Source: Octopus sinensis
Taxonomy: Eukaryota
Direction of reading: 5' to 3'
Assembly: GCF_006345805.1 (NCBI RefSeq)
Contig: NC_043020.1
Location: 2,728,001 to 2,792,000 of the forward strand
Length of the DNA: 64,000 nucleotides
Numbering within the stretch: the stretch's first letter is position 1; each line of letters opens with the position of its first letter. Below, piece after piece: positions 22,668-34,149 of the stretch. The position numbers and the translations under genes were made by a program. The notes under the pieces are model-generated. The model was not told the origin of the DNA and ran no database searches. It saw nothing but the letters and a program-made list of their open reading frames with translations.

Positions 22668-25103
22668 ATATGACAGGCTTCTTTTAGTTTCCATCTACCA
22701 AATCCACTCATAAGGCATTGGTCGGTCCAAGACTATAGTAGAAGGCACTTGCCTAAGGTGCCATGCAGTGGGACTGAACCCAGAACCATGTGGTTTGGAA
22801 GCAAACTCCTTACCACACAGCCACACCTGCACCTTGCATATTTATTTCTAATGCCTTCTGATAGATTCAAACATGAATGTGCCAATTGCTGTTGTGTTTT
22901 GTCATGGAAAACCTTCCTCTTCCTGATGAATGTCTGTTCATAAGGCACTCAATTTATCAACACGAGAGACTATGGAACAGCTGGTGTTTTGATATTGTTG
23001 TGTCTTTTTGGCCAGATTCATTAGCCTTTTTGGCCCAGGCTAATGAATCTGACTATAGCTTCAACGTTTTGTTTACAACTGCAGCAAACAAAATAATTAC
23101 CAATGCAGTTTCCTATTCTACTTCTTTTTTTTACCTTTGAAATTTTTTTTTTCCCCAGGTCGTTTCCATGCAGGTATAGTAACCAATAATGAAAACTGGG
23201 AAAACGCTTGTTTAAAAGCTGGCCGTGTCAGTGGTGATCTTGTACACGCAATGCCATACACTCCGGAATTGCATTTTGTTGAATTTTCTAGTGCTTTAGC
23301 TGACATGAAAAATTCTGTTGCTGTAAGTATGAGTATTTATATTTGTTAATAAATATCTGTTGTCTTACTGTCCAATATATAATTGTATATATTTCTCTTC
23401 TGAGATTTTTTAATTTCCTTGTATTTAATAAAAATAGTTTAATTATCAAACTCTTCCAATTATTTCTGTCATTTGTCCCCTTTTATACACTTATTTTCTT
23501 TTAACCCTCTGATTTGATCTTTTATACAGAGGACTTGTAATATGCAAAAGCAGTTGAGTGATAATTGTTTTTTGTTATTTCAGGATCGAAGTAATGCCCA
23601 GGTTTCATGTGCTGGCCTTTTTATAGCTTCAAGTTTAGGATTTGATTATTCTGGTATCTGGTTACATATAGATATGGCATTCCCAGTCTATTCTGTAAGT
23701 AAAGAGATGTTTTCTTATTTCAAAGTGTGTATGTGTTTTTGTAACTTTATGGTTATGACTGAGTCTTCTGTATGGTATCTTTGGCAAGTGTCTTGTACTA
23801 CAACCTTGGATTAAACAATACCTTATGAGTAGAATGTGGTAGATGGCTTTTCCATGCTTGCATGGGTCAGGCACAATTTGTTGAAGTAGATGTTTCTGTG
23901 GCTGGATGCACTTGCTGTCACCAACCCTCGCTTGTCCTCAAACATGAAGACTGCAAATGAACAACATTGCTTGTATAGCAATGACACTTGTTCACAATTA
24001 TCACATGATGTCAAGACATGGGTACACACAAACATACATACATACATGTGTCGGGCATCCAAGCCAAATCAGACTGGAACCAAGTGCAGAGAGCTTGCCA
24101 ACTCTGGTCAAGCTGGCCATATCATGCCAGCAATGACAAATGGACGTTAAAGGAAGAGGAGGAGGGTAGATTCTTTCAGTTTCTGTTTTATCAAATCCAC
24201 TCACAAAGCTTTGCTTAGCCCATGGCTATTGTAGAAAGCACTTTCACAAGGTGCTGTGCAGTGGGACTGAACCTGATACCACATGGTTGAAAAGTTAGCT
24301 TCTCAGCCACACCTTATTTGGCTGTTTATGTATAAATATGTTAAATATTTATACACAAGACAGCATGTGTTAGGAAACTTAAAATGAATTTATAACAAAC
24401 TAGTTTTCAAACTTTTGAACTTTAACCCTTTAGCTTTCAGATTGTTCTGTCAAATATAATATTTATTTATTCACATTGTTTCGAATGAAGCCAGCATAAT
24501 TTCGTAGCTTTGAGATTTCAATGATGTGATTATTTACTTTTAGAATGACATTGTAGGGTGGATGTGAGAGGCTGGATTTGGCCAGTTTGAACATAAAACA
24601 GGTGGAATATTTGGGTTGGATATAGCTTGCTTGTTTATTATTGTCAAGCATCTTTACCTTTTTTTTTCTGTTCACCTCACAAAGCCATTAAAAAAAATCA
24701 ATAGAAGTGACTTTTTTGTGAATTTTCTATCCAAAACCCAATCAAAATGCCCAAAACTTGATACACCAATTGAATGCCAGCTAGTTGAATGTGATTGGTC
24801 AGAGATTTGGACAGTACTCGCGTGTATGTGCACACGCACACAGCTGTATATGCATGCACTAGCACTGTGACCCGGCATTGCCAGGTCATAGTGCTAGTTA
24901 TTATTATTATTATGGTTTTTTTTAATTATTATTCTAATTTTATTTTTCAGGGCGAACGTGCTACTGGCTACGGAGTTGCCCTTCTGGCAACACTGCTCGG
25001 AGAGGGTTCTTCAAATTCCATGTTGCAGTATGTAGCCCCACCTTTAGTAGAGAACTCAATGGATATTGAAGAGAACGAAGTAAAAAGAATTCGCTTAGAA
25101 TGA
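6074..25103 (+). CDS. NPEPL1: Probable aminopeptidase NPEPL1 (M17 family), 12 coding exons, 519 aa: join(6074..6220,13066..13248,14424..14684,15275..15356,17064..17206,19018..19095,20420..20520,21737..21791,22288..22369,23159..23322,23584..23694,24951..25103)
   Basis: All introns are GT-AG and phases chain (0,0,0,1,0,0,2,0,1,0,0). Exons sum to 1560 nt = 519 aa + stop. Motifs VGKGIVYDTGG, MKRDCGGAA, NNTDAEGRLVL, ATLTGAQ and N-terminal SPTDSCPLWLN/SRHNTPSRAH match NPEPL1. Confidence 0.96.
8875..9200 (+). mobile_element. Degenerate tRNA-derived SINE family D copy
   Basis: Shares the 3' half with 28787..29156 (caaaggagccagccttg...ctgaatctccc...actcagccacttgc); another copy at ~43045-43305. Confidence 0.7.
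11150..11310 (+). mobile_element. SINE/LINE 3' end family C with (GAT)n tail
   Basis: ccaacccatgctagcatggaaagcggatgttaaacgatgatgatg; other copies at ~12090-12310, 19282-19370, 19380-19800(-), 20700-20960(-), 21830-21990(-), 47150-47405, 51165-51300(-), 55310-55575(-). Confidence 0.8.
13066..13248 (+). CDS. NPEPL1: NPEPL1 coding exon 2 (MYSTALASLRPSPTDSCPLWLN...KEFIV)
   Basis: ttccag acceptor, gtaagt donor, 183 nt. Confidence 0.93.
14424..14684 (+). CDS. NPEPL1: NPEPL1 coding exon 3 (MVCERRDVLASACAIARA...EMHTDAFVD)
   Basis: ttttcag acceptor, gtaagt donor, 261 nt. Confidence 0.94.
14689..14929. repeat. 25-bp CpG-rich minisatellite (gtcgacgtcttttctgtcttcggcc), 7 tandem units at 14757..14929 plus a degenerate unit at 14689
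   Basis: Unit starts at 14757, 14782, 14807, 14832, 14857, 14882, 14907. Confidence 0.85.
15275..15356 (+). CDS. NPEPL1: NPEPL1 coding exon 4 (EISKIGAELNITPLIIRGNELAEKGFG)
   Basis: ctgcag acceptor, gtaaat donor, 82 nt. Confidence 0.92.
15371..16190 (-). mobile_element. 3' fragment of an RLE-type (R4/Dong/NeSL-like) non-LTR retrotransposon
   Basis: Minus-strand remnants GCPVLTPNEYKNRHNRV..WKI..HY and DLEIEIEKMWHL.V.IVPVIVGAL...STAHILRKTL; (AAT)n tail at 15371-15392. Confidence 0.8.
16555..16681. mobile_element. hAT-like MITE end fragment
   Basis: Three GGG(G)TCCA motifs and terminal gttgagaactctg (reverse complement cagagttctcaac); similar end at ~13661-13674. Confidence 0.4.
17064..17206 (+). 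CDS. NPEPL1: NPEPL1 coding exon 5 (VYNVGKAASHPPALVVL...VGKGIVYDTGGLCIKSK)
   Basis: ttgcag acceptor, gtaagc donor, 143 nt; contains M17 metal ligands K and D. Confidence 0.95.
18300..18658 (-). mobile_element. tRNA-derived SINE family D (variant 3' half)
   Basis: Minus-strand head GGAGGCACAATGGCCCAGTGGTTAGGGCAGCAGACTCGCGG...GGTTTCGATTCCCAGACCGG (A and B boxes). Confidence 0.82.
19018..19095 (+). CDS. NPEPL1: NPEPL1 coding exon 6 (ATMLGMKRDCGGAAAILGAFYSTVKL)
   Basis: tttcag acceptor, gtacgt donor, 78 nt. Confidence 0.94.
20420..20520 (+). CDS. NPEPL1: NPEPL1 coding exon 7 (GFTENLHAIFCLAENAISPDALRPDDIINMYSG)
   Basis: tttcag acceptor, gtaggt donor, 101 nt. Confidence 0.94.
21737..21791 (+). 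CDS. NPEPL1: NPEPL1 coding exon 8 (TVEVNNTDAEGRLVLSDG)
   Basis: ttacag acceptor, gtaagt donor, 55 nt; NTDAEGR signature. Confidence 0.95.
22288..22369 (+). CDS. NPEPL1: NPEPL1 coding exon 9 (VAYAQKDLKADIVIDVATLTGAQGVAT)
   Basis: tcacag acceptor, gtaagt donor, 82 nt. Confidence 0.94.
23159..23322 (+). CDS. NPEPL1: NPEPL1 coding exon 10 (RFHAGIVTNNENWENACLKAG...DMKNSVA)
   Basis: ccccag acceptor, gtaagt donor, 164 nt. Confidence 0.94.
23584..23694 (+). CDS. NPEPL1: NPEPL1 coding exon 11 (DRSNAQVSCAGLFIASSLGFD...DMAFPVYS)
   Basis: tttcag acceptor, gtaagt donor, 111 nt. Confidence 0.94.
24426..24635. mobile_element. piggyBac-like MITE family fragment (TTAA-CCCTTTAGC end)
   Basis: Shared body tagaatgacattgtaggg...ggccagtttgaacataaaacagg recurs at ~8510, 20170-20300, 21360-21430, 38980-39170, 43780-43860(-); several copies end in gggttaa. 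Confidence 0.55.
24951..25103 (+). CDS. NPEPL1: NPEPL1 last coding exon (GERATGYGVALL...EENEVKRIRLE*)
   Basis: tttcag acceptor, TGA at 25101-25103; basic C-terminal KRIRL. Confidence 0.94.
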   Translation, partial: GERATGYGVALLATLLGEGSSNSMLQYVAPPLVENSMDIEENEVKRIRLE

Positions 25104-25536
25104 AAGAGAAGCAAACCCGAACCAAAAGCGGACAAGCCCTGCCTCTCCTTTGCGTGGATCTGTTCTATGCCATTTGCTTGTACCAAACCAGAATTTGGGT
25201 AGCCAAGCCAAGACTTCCTGTTGCTACGGCTACCTGGCCTTTTTTCTCCTCCTTCATAAACAACAACAACAACAATTACAACAGCAAAAATAATTATAGT
25301 TCATCACATAGCAAACCTGTAGACATTTTAGTGTATTAATACGACTTTCACACACCCTCTCTTGCTCTCCCCCTTTCTCACACACATTGTATACACATAC
25401 TGCCTTCCTACCCCCCTACCCCTGCTACTTGTTTCTATCACTCTCTCTCACTAACCCCTGTTCTTCTTGACCCCTTCCAACAGCTATTTTCCCTCCCTCC
25501 CTTCAGTTCCTTTCTGTATATCTGTATTTAAAAATT

Positions 25537-25542
25537 AATAAA
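25537..25542 (+). terminator. Candidate polyadenylation signal of NPEPL1
   Basis: First AATAAA after the stop codon (about 430 nt downstream); no transcript support. Confidence 0.35.
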
Positions 25543-25636
25543 CAACGGATTCTTGAATAAGCTGAATAATGATTAAAGTCTGTATAAGATTTATTTTTGC
25601 TAATGATTAACATACATACATATATATGTATGTATG

Positions 25637-25668
<32 letters not shown>

Positions 25669-25670
<2 letters not shown>

Positions 25671-26183
25671 GGGTGGACCAAAACGATCTGACACATTTGG
25701 AGGCTTAATAAAGGCACAAAATAAGAAATAATGAAAAGAAAAATGTTATTTTCTGAATGTACATATAATGCCATTTTATTTCATTAAGTTTTTTAAAATT
25801 AAATCAGCTAAATGCTTCCCATCATTGTCAACACACTGTTGGAGACGTTCCTGAAAGTTATCGATAACTCTTTGGATCATTTCTTCTTGAATGGTTGCTA
25901 TTTCTACACAAATTGCATGTTTTAATTCATCAATCAATCGAGGGCGATGACTGAATACTTTTGATTTTAAATATCCAAACAAGAAGAAATGATCCATAGA
26001 GTTATCGATAACTCTAATGAACGTCTCCAACAGTGTGTTGACACTGATGGGAAGCATTTAGCTGCTTTAATTTTTAAAACTTAATGAAATAAAATGGCGT
26101 TATATGTAGATTCAGAAAATAACATTTTTCTTTCCATCATTTCTTATTTTGTGCTTTTATTAAGACCATTTTGGTCCACCCTG
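25669..26183. mobile_element. Palindromic Tc1/mariner MITE built from an inverted duplication of a transposase 3' end
   Basis: TIRs cagggtggaccaaaa / ttttggtccaccctg; arms of about 200 bp are reverse complements; ORF 25776..26057(-) has GYLKSKVF..P..IDELK.AI..EI..I..EMI.RV..NF.ERL..C...G.HL (maT/DD37D-like C-terminus). Confidence 0.85.
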
Positions 26184-26332
26184 TGTATATATATATGTAT
26201 GTATTATATCATGCCAAGGACCTATAATCCTTTAAGGGATGTTTGCATCCTAGTCCTCCGGTTTATACCAGTCTTCAGTATGTATATGTATAAAATGTAT
26301 GTATGTAATATATATAATATATACGTATAATG

Positions 26333-26376
<44 letters not shown>

Positions 26377-26514
26377 GTGTGTTATATATGCATGTAATAC
26401 ATATATATATGTATTATATATATGTATGTATTATATATGTGTATATACATTATATATGCATATATATATATATGTGTGTGTGTATGTATATATATACGTA
26501 TACATATGTGTGTG

Positions 26515-26549
<35 letters not shown>

Positions 26550-27105
26550 AATGCATACATAAATACATTCACACATCATCATTTAACACCCGTGTTTCTT
26601 ACTTGCATGCTTGAATAGCATTTGATTAGACTGGAGACTGTGTTAGTCTCCAGCATCTGCATTGGTAAGGTTTCTACAGACACTGAACACCAGCCCAGTC
26701 CTCAGCTTAATCTCATACTGTTGAACCATCCAGCTCATGGCAGCAAGGAACATGCATGCTAAATGATATACATACATATATATATATATATATGTATATA
26801 TATGTATATTTGAAGGTGAAGAATACATGCTCATGCTGGAACTGAAATTTCTCTATAGCTGCTTCATCGGGTCGTGTAGGAAAAAAAATGTATGGATAAT
26901 CCAAATGGAATCATCCTCCACATTTTGCCACACTACTTGATGAATCCATGATGGTAAAACCCAAAACTATAAACCATGTAATCTTTACCTTCTAATAAAT
27001 ATATTACAGTCTACTATTAATTATTAATAAACATACAAGTGTTTGTATGTATCTGTGTGTGTACGTATGTTTGTATATATATATATATATATATATATAG
27101 TGTTA

Positions 27106-27415
27106 CACTTGGGTATGGTCATATTTTGCCAATTAAACACATGCTATTTATTTGATCTTCTTTTAGCTTTATTATTATTATTATTATTATTAGTTTCTTT
27201 GTCAGAGCTCTTTCTTCACACACTCTCTGTGACCTCTTCAGCAACTTTCTATCTCACGTGTCTCCTCTTATTCTGCTTATTCCATTTCGGGTTTCTTACC
27301 ACAGAATGTCTGAAGAAAGAACTTTAACAAAGAAACTAAAATAATAATAATAATAAAGTGAAGACCAAATACAGTGCATGTGTTTAATTGGCAAAATGTG
27401 ACCCATCCCCAAGTG
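27106..27415. mobile_element. Fold-back element / MITE with about 110-bp imperfect inverted arms
   Basis: cacttgggtatggtcatattttgccaattaaacacatgc versus gcatgtgtttaattggcaaaatgtgacccatccccaagtg, extending through (TTA)n/(TAA)n and tctttcttca/tgaagaaaga. Confidence 0.7.
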
Positions 27416-28786
27416 CACCGTCAAGAACCTTGCAAAACAAACACACACTCAATTGTTAACACTATTATTATTATTAAAAATATGGAGATATTTGGTGTAT
27501 TTGATTATTGAAAATGTTTATGCACAAATGTTAATTACATTTTATGATAAAATATAGCAAACATTATTTTATTTTAGTTTTATTTTTACTTTTATTCACT
27601 GCTCTGGGACAAATACCTTCATCTGTTTTAATCAATTTATTTATTATTATTATTATCATCATCAAGGCAGCGAGATGGCTGAGTTGCCAAAATGCTGGAC
27701 AAAATGCTTAGCAGCATCTCCTCTGGCTCTTTGCATTCTGACCGAATTCCAATCCTGCTGAGGTTGTCCTTGCCTTTCATTCTTTCGGGTTTGATAAAAT
27801 AACTTATCAGCTGAGCGCTGGGACCGATTTTAATCAACCAGTCCACCTTCCCCTAAAATTGTCGGTTCTGTGGCAAAATAAGAATTATTTAAATCACTGA
27901 GCTGACAGAATTCTTAGCACACTGGATAAAATGCTTAGCACCATTTTGTCTGATTTTACCATTCTGGGTTCAAATTCTGTTCAGGTCAACTTAGCCTCTC
28001 ATCCTTTTGGGTTGGTGTAATTGGCTTGCCCTTCCCCCTACCAATTTCAGGCCTAGTACCTATAGTAGAAAGGATTATTATTATTATTATTATTTTCTTT
28101 TTAATTTCCTGTCTAAAACAAATCTTTTTTTGTTACTTCTCATGTCATCCAAACAGGGATTTGGGAATCTGGGATTGTTATTTGTGAGTCTAGAAAACAA
28201 ATTTGAAACCTTTTAAAAATAGTGTTAGCACAATTTGCACAAAATTTCTCACAGGGGTCACAATGAAAATGCTTGTGTTGCTGTGACTCCCCACCAATCT
28301 ATTTTTTCTTATTTTTTTATTTTTATTTTTTTATTTCGAAAATCTCTTTTTCCTCCACTTCTGATTTACAAAATTGAAAGAAAAGAAAGAAGAAAAAAAA
28401 AATTATATAAACTAAGAAAAAAAAAAACTGATTCAGGACTTTGTTTTTGGCTTTTGTCCTCGTCTTTTTAAAGGAAAATTCAACAAAAATAAAATTCTTT
28501 TTAATGCACTCTTGTTTATTTTTTGACCTTCATTATTTTTATTACTTTTTTTTTTTACTGAGTTTATTAATTGTTTATTTAATTGTTGTTAATTCTTTTG
28601 TATGTATGACTTTGATTATATATATATATTTTTTGCTTTAATATCTGTTTTTCCATGCTTGCATGAGTTGGACAGGAACTTCTTTGAGGCAAAATTTGAC
28701 AGCTAAACAGTTGGATGTCCTTCCTGTCACCAGACTTTACCTGTTTTTCAAATAAAGGATTATATATGTATATATATATATAAAGT

Positions 28787-29156
28787 GGAGGTGCACTGGC
28801 TCGGTGGTTAGGGCAGCAGACTCATGGTCATAGGATCAAGTTTTGATTCCCAGACCGGGTGTTGTGTTTATTGAGTGAAAACGCCTAAAGCTCCACGAAG
28901 CTCCTGCAGGAGGCGGGGTGAACTCTGCTGTATTCTTTCTCCACGACTTTCACTCTTTCTTCCTGTTTCTGTTGTAGCTGTATTCCAAAGGGCCAGCCTT
29001 GTCACACTCTGTGTCATGCTGAATCTCCCTGAGAACTACGTTAAGAGTACAAGAGTCTGTGGAGTGCTCAGCCACTTGCACACTAATTTTACAAGCAGGT
29101 TGTTCAGTTGATCGGATCACACAGAACTTTTGTTGTTGTGACCGATGGAGTGCCAC
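28787..29156 (+). mobile_element. Near full-length tRNA-derived SINE family D
   Basis: Head ggaggtgcactggctcggtggttagggcagcagactc...ttttgattcccagaccgg; ends accgatggagtgccac followed by (TA)n. Confidence 0.85.
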
Positions 29157-29307
29157 TATATATAATGTATGTATATATATGGGTGTATATATAATGCATA
29201 TATATATATACACATAGTATGTATGTACATATATATATATATATATATATACACATAGTATGTATGTACATATATATATATATATATATACACATATAGT
29301 ATGTATG

Positions 29308-29338
<31 letters not shown>

Positions 29339-29357
29339 CTTGCAAACAACTTGCACA

Positions 29358-30405
29358 TGCAAGTGCTACCGGTCAAAAACTCCGCATACCGGAAGCCAGC
29401 AAGTGTATGGGGTCATCAGGAGAGAATGCTGGTCAGATGAATATTCTCTTGAAGAATTTCTTGCCAAGTTTCATGCAATAATTTCAAAAGATCTGGCTTT
29501 GGGGATGCTTTCCTTTTTTTCTACAAAGTGTCCTGTCCATTATGCCCCAGAGGTTTTCAGTGGGGTTTATAGCTGGTGACTGGTTTGGCCATGGAAGCTT
29601 TTTATTGCCATTCTCTTCCAACCAATCTTGGGACTTTTTAGCTATGTGGCAAGGAACCCCATCTTCTATAAAGAGTCTTCTTTAATCATTTCACCACTGT
29701 TGAAGATTGAAAGGAGTCCTTTCTGCAATATGGACACATATTTATCTGTGTTTATGTTTCCCTCACACTCTGCCAGCTCTTGATTGACTATTGCTCTCCA
29801 CACCATCACAGAATAGCAGCCGTGTCTCATTGTTGGTGCAATCTTTTCATGTCAAATTCTTGATCACAGAATCTCCGGACCCACACTCAACCACTGTCAG
29901 AAAATACAGCAAATCTCGACTCATCGGAGAATATGACTGTCCCAAAATGCTATTGGCTTCTCCACCATCTCACTGGCCCAATCTTTTCTCCACTTGATAT
30001 TGGTTGGTCAAAGAAGTGGCTTCCTTCTTGCTGCTCTGCCACAGTAGCCAAGTTTGTGGAGATACCTGACATCAATTTGTTCTGCTTTGTCAAAGGCCTT
30101 GCAACGAGGATTATCCTCCACACTCCTTTTAACAAGGCCAAAGGTTGACCTGGGCAAGATGATGTGGACTTCTTCCCCTCTCTGGTGAATTGCACAATCA
30201 CTCTATTAACTGTAGAAAGCAGGATCCAAAGGTTTTCTGTGATTTTATGCTAAGTCTACCTTCAGACTGGCCCACAATATGGCCTCCTTGAAATTCAGAC
30301 AGTTCCAATGCATCTTTTGTATATGGCATAATTAAACAGTCACATATAGAAGCTGAAACATAAAAAATATAAACCTTTCAAATTAAAATAAGCAAAACAC
30401 TGTTT
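29358..30405 (-). mobile_element. Decayed Tc1-family transposase
   Basis: Minus-strand remnants MPYTKDALELSEFQGG, GRAARRKPLL, IFSDESRF, YSVMVW, EDGVPCHIAKKSQDWL, WPNQSPAINPTENLWG, with stops and frameshifts. Confidence 0.9.
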
Positions 30406-30602
30406 TATGGAGTGTCTCTTTTACTCGTTTCAGTCATTTGACTGCGGCCATGCTGAAGCACCGCCTTTAGTCGAGCAAATCGACCCCGGGACTTATTCTT
30501 TCGAAGCCCAGTACTTATTCTATCGGTCTCTTTCGCCGAACCGCTAAGTAATGGGGATGTAAACACACCAGCATCGGTTGTCAAGCAATGCTAGGGGGAC
30601 AA

Positions 30603-30633
<31 letters not shown>

Positions 30634-32480
30634 CATATATACGACAGGCTTCTTTCAGTTTCCGTCTACCAAATCCACTCACCAGGCATTGGTCGGCCCG
30701 GGGCTATTTACTTCTGTCATGTGTTTGTATGTATGTGCTTGTTGCTACTCTGAGTTTCCTCCTTTTCATTTTTGGCAATCACTGGGTGAAGCTTCAACTC
30801 CGAATAATAAAAGAATACACTCTGCTACAGGAGTGCTTTTTTTTCTTCCGTCTTCTTTGAAAACACACACACATCATCGTTCTATTAAATGTGCTTATAG
30901 AGAGAAGAATACTGAAAAACGTCAATACATGTCAGAGTGACAAAGAAACGAGGCAGTTGAGACGTGCTAAAAACAACAGCCAAATCACCTTTAACTCACA
31001 CACAAAAAATTTTTTTTTCCCAGCCATATGAATTTCTGTATATAGAACACAAATTCACAAAAATTTTCTGAAAATTAAAAAAAAATATATATAAAAGTTA
31101 TGAGGTGTTATATGGAGTGCCTAAACCAGAATTCTGCCAGTGATGCTATAAAAGCTAGGAGAGGATCTTACAAGAAAGGGGTTGAGGAGCAAGGAGGAAT
31201 ATTGGAGAGAAACTAGACCCCCAGGTAGGTAGCATCATCATCATCGTCAATTTAATATCCACTTTTCCATGCATGGGTTGGCGTAATTTGTTGAGGCAGG
31301 TTTCCTATAGCTGGATGCCCTTGCTGTCACCAACATGCACCTATTTCCAAATAAGGTAATATTTTCCCTTGACCAGACATGTTTTCACAGAAGATTGGAA
31401 ATGGACACCACTTGCATAATGGTGACACTCGTTTACAACTACCATGTGATATCAAAGCATGAAGTCAGTAACACACACACACGTGTGTGTGTGTGTGTGT
31501 ATACAATAAGTTTCTTTCAGTTTCTTATTTCTTTATTGTCCACAAGGGGCTAAACATAAAGGGGACAGACAAAAGGATTAAGTCAATTACATCGACCCCA
31601 GTGTGTAACTGGTACTTAATTTATCTATCCCGAAAGGATGAAAGGAAAAGTCGACATCTGTGGAATTTGAACTCAGAACGTAGCGGCAGACGAAATACCT
31701 ATTTCTTTACTGCCCACAAGGGGCTAAACACAGAGAGGACAAACAAGGACAGACAAATGGATTAAGTCAATTATATCGACCCCAATGTGTAACTGGCACT
31801 TATTTAATCAACCCCGAAAAGATGAAAGGCAAAGTTGACCTTGGCGGAATTTGAACTCAGAACGTAGCAGCAGATGAAATACCACTAAATATTTCGCCGG
31901 GCATGCTAACGTTTCTACCAGCTTGCCACCTTCTTTCAGTTTGTGTCTACCAAATCCACTCACAAGGCTTTGGTTGGCCTGGTGCTCTAGTGGAAGACAC
32001 TTGCTCAAGGTGCCATACCATGGCGCTGAACCCAGAACCATGTGGTTGAGAAGCAAACTTCTTATCACACAGCTAAAAAAATAGTAAAGGCTGGAAGTAA
32101 AAGGTTTGTTAATGTTCTAACGCCATGAAAGGTGTGAGGTGTTGCAAATTCTAAAGTATCGTGGCTATATGAATCCAGGCATTGTCAGTGAAAAGTGTAC
32201 AAAATGATAAAGACACACTTGTTCTCTCTGAGAAAAAAGAGGCATGAAAATGTTACTAGTTCCCTCTGCAGCCCAGCTATCAAATTTGGCTGAGAACATA
32301 CACAGGCCTGATCAAAGGCACACCAACAATGACCACCCTGTCTTTTTAGAGAAACTTGTGACTACATTATTCAGCATTGGTGTTCTTTTCTCAAGTCAGT
32401 AGGGTTTGATTTAAGGTAGATTTGGCTGCTAGAAATAACAGCTTAATCTTTAAATTGCACCTTACTGGCTTTAAATGATA

Positions 32481-32762
32481 TTGGGTCATCCCATAAATAA
32501 TGCGGTTTTTTCAATTGCATGAACTAAAAGTTGGAGGAGGACGGGATAATCTACCTGCATCAACTTGCTATAAAAGCAGGTAGTAATTTTTACCTTGTAC
32601 TTATTCTTAGTGCAAGTTTTGAAGAGTGCAGTTCGATTTTAACAATTATTTTTTCAAAGCTATAATGGAAGTCACAAAGGAGCATATTCGGCATATTTCA
32701 CTTTATGAGTTCAATAAAGGCAACAATTCAACGGAAAATGCGAGGAATATTAATGCAGTATA
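32481..32762 (+). mobile_element. Mariner 5' end (TIR + transposase N-terminus)
   Basis: TA-ttgggtcatcccataaataatgcggttt TIR; ATG at 32665 gives MEVTKEHIRHISLYEFNKGNNSTENARNINAV*. Confidence 0.8.
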
Positions 32763-34149
32763 AGGCCTCAAATTTGGCGAGGGCTGAGTCAATTAAACAA
32801 GTCGGTACTTTATTTTATCGGCATCTTCCCTGCCTAGAAGAATGAAAAGCAAAGTTGGCTTCCACTGGATTTGATCTCACAACGTAAAAATCCGTAAATA
32901 CCGTGTATTGCTACAGAATAATAGTTATAATAAGACTAGGTTTTCAAATATGTTCTTCATTTTTAAGTAACAGAGTGTGTGATTTAAGGGGGATTTTGCT
33001 GCTATTTCTCCACGTGTTCGTGATAATAAATAAAAATTAGTTGTCGTCGAAGTACTGAATTTCAGTAAAATAACCCTCAGATCATACCTATCGTCTAACA
33101 TAAGAAAACACATTAGGTTATTACGGCCTTATGAATCCAGGTTTAAAAAATCAAAGGGGTTTTGTCTGGATCCCATAAATTAATTGTGACTTTATTACTG
33201 TGACTTTTTTTCCAGTGACTTTATTACCGGTTACCAGTCCAGTCTGATATACCTCTGAAAAACAGGATGGTCATAACTGGAGTGTCTTTTATTACTTGTC
33301 TGATGGATCATAAATGACCTGGAGATAAACAACTAGCAGTTATTAAAACCCTTTGCCTGTCCAAAGCATTTTCATAAATTTGTCCTAAACGTCCATGCTT
33401 GTTTTCAGACTTTCTTAGTTTTCCACTGTTTTCATTCGTTCTGAGTAAAATAAAGCTTTCCTTTCACAAGTACAAAGTTACTTTAGTGACTCAAAAAGAT
33501 CAGGAATGTGTATCATTATATAAATGCATGGACTCTAACGAAAGTTATCCTCTGTATCACATTTGAACAAGCTCTTGGAAATGGAACGAAAATCAAAACT
33601 TGTGCTTTTCCCTATTATTGTATAGTTAATGGAGTTTAACCCTCTGTCTTATAATCTAACCCTAATCTGCTTTGTGTGATACCTTCTAAATCGCACATTA
33701 GTTTTCTGATAAAGGCAGAGGACCTCAAATTTGGACGAGGCATCCAAGAGGAAAAACATGTTACAGGCTAACTTCCATAAATGGCCGATATAAATTGGCA
33801 TTTTTGTTACCAATTGTGTCTTTTGCGTTGATATGAACGACTTCAAATATTTGTTTATTTACCAATTATCATTTATGGTATTTAAATGGAATTTCGTTCA
33901 GTGTTGCCATATTGACTCCAGCACTTAAGTTGTTAATTATTCTAATTAAACGTAATATTGCTACCGATAAATAGACGTTTGTATTTGTCTGAATTCACCA
34001 TTTAAAAAACTTTCGATCTTTTACCAGTATACGAAGTTTAAAAGTGTTTAGTTACAAAGAAATTATCTTAGAAATCTGCCGGTCAAAGTGAAAAGATCCA
34101 AAACTATAGAAACTAACAATCGCATTTGAGTTTATTAAAACTATTTATT

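Noticed and set aside
26800-26995. Possible minus-strand terminal exon (GKDYMVYSFGFYHHGFIK* or DYPYIFFPTRPDEAAIEKF)
   Set aside because: I found no partner exons upstream on the minus strand and recognised no protein.
33649-33846. 65-aa minus ORF divergent from the candidate promoter
   Set aside because: Non-ATG start, no recognisable domain and no clear splice partners.
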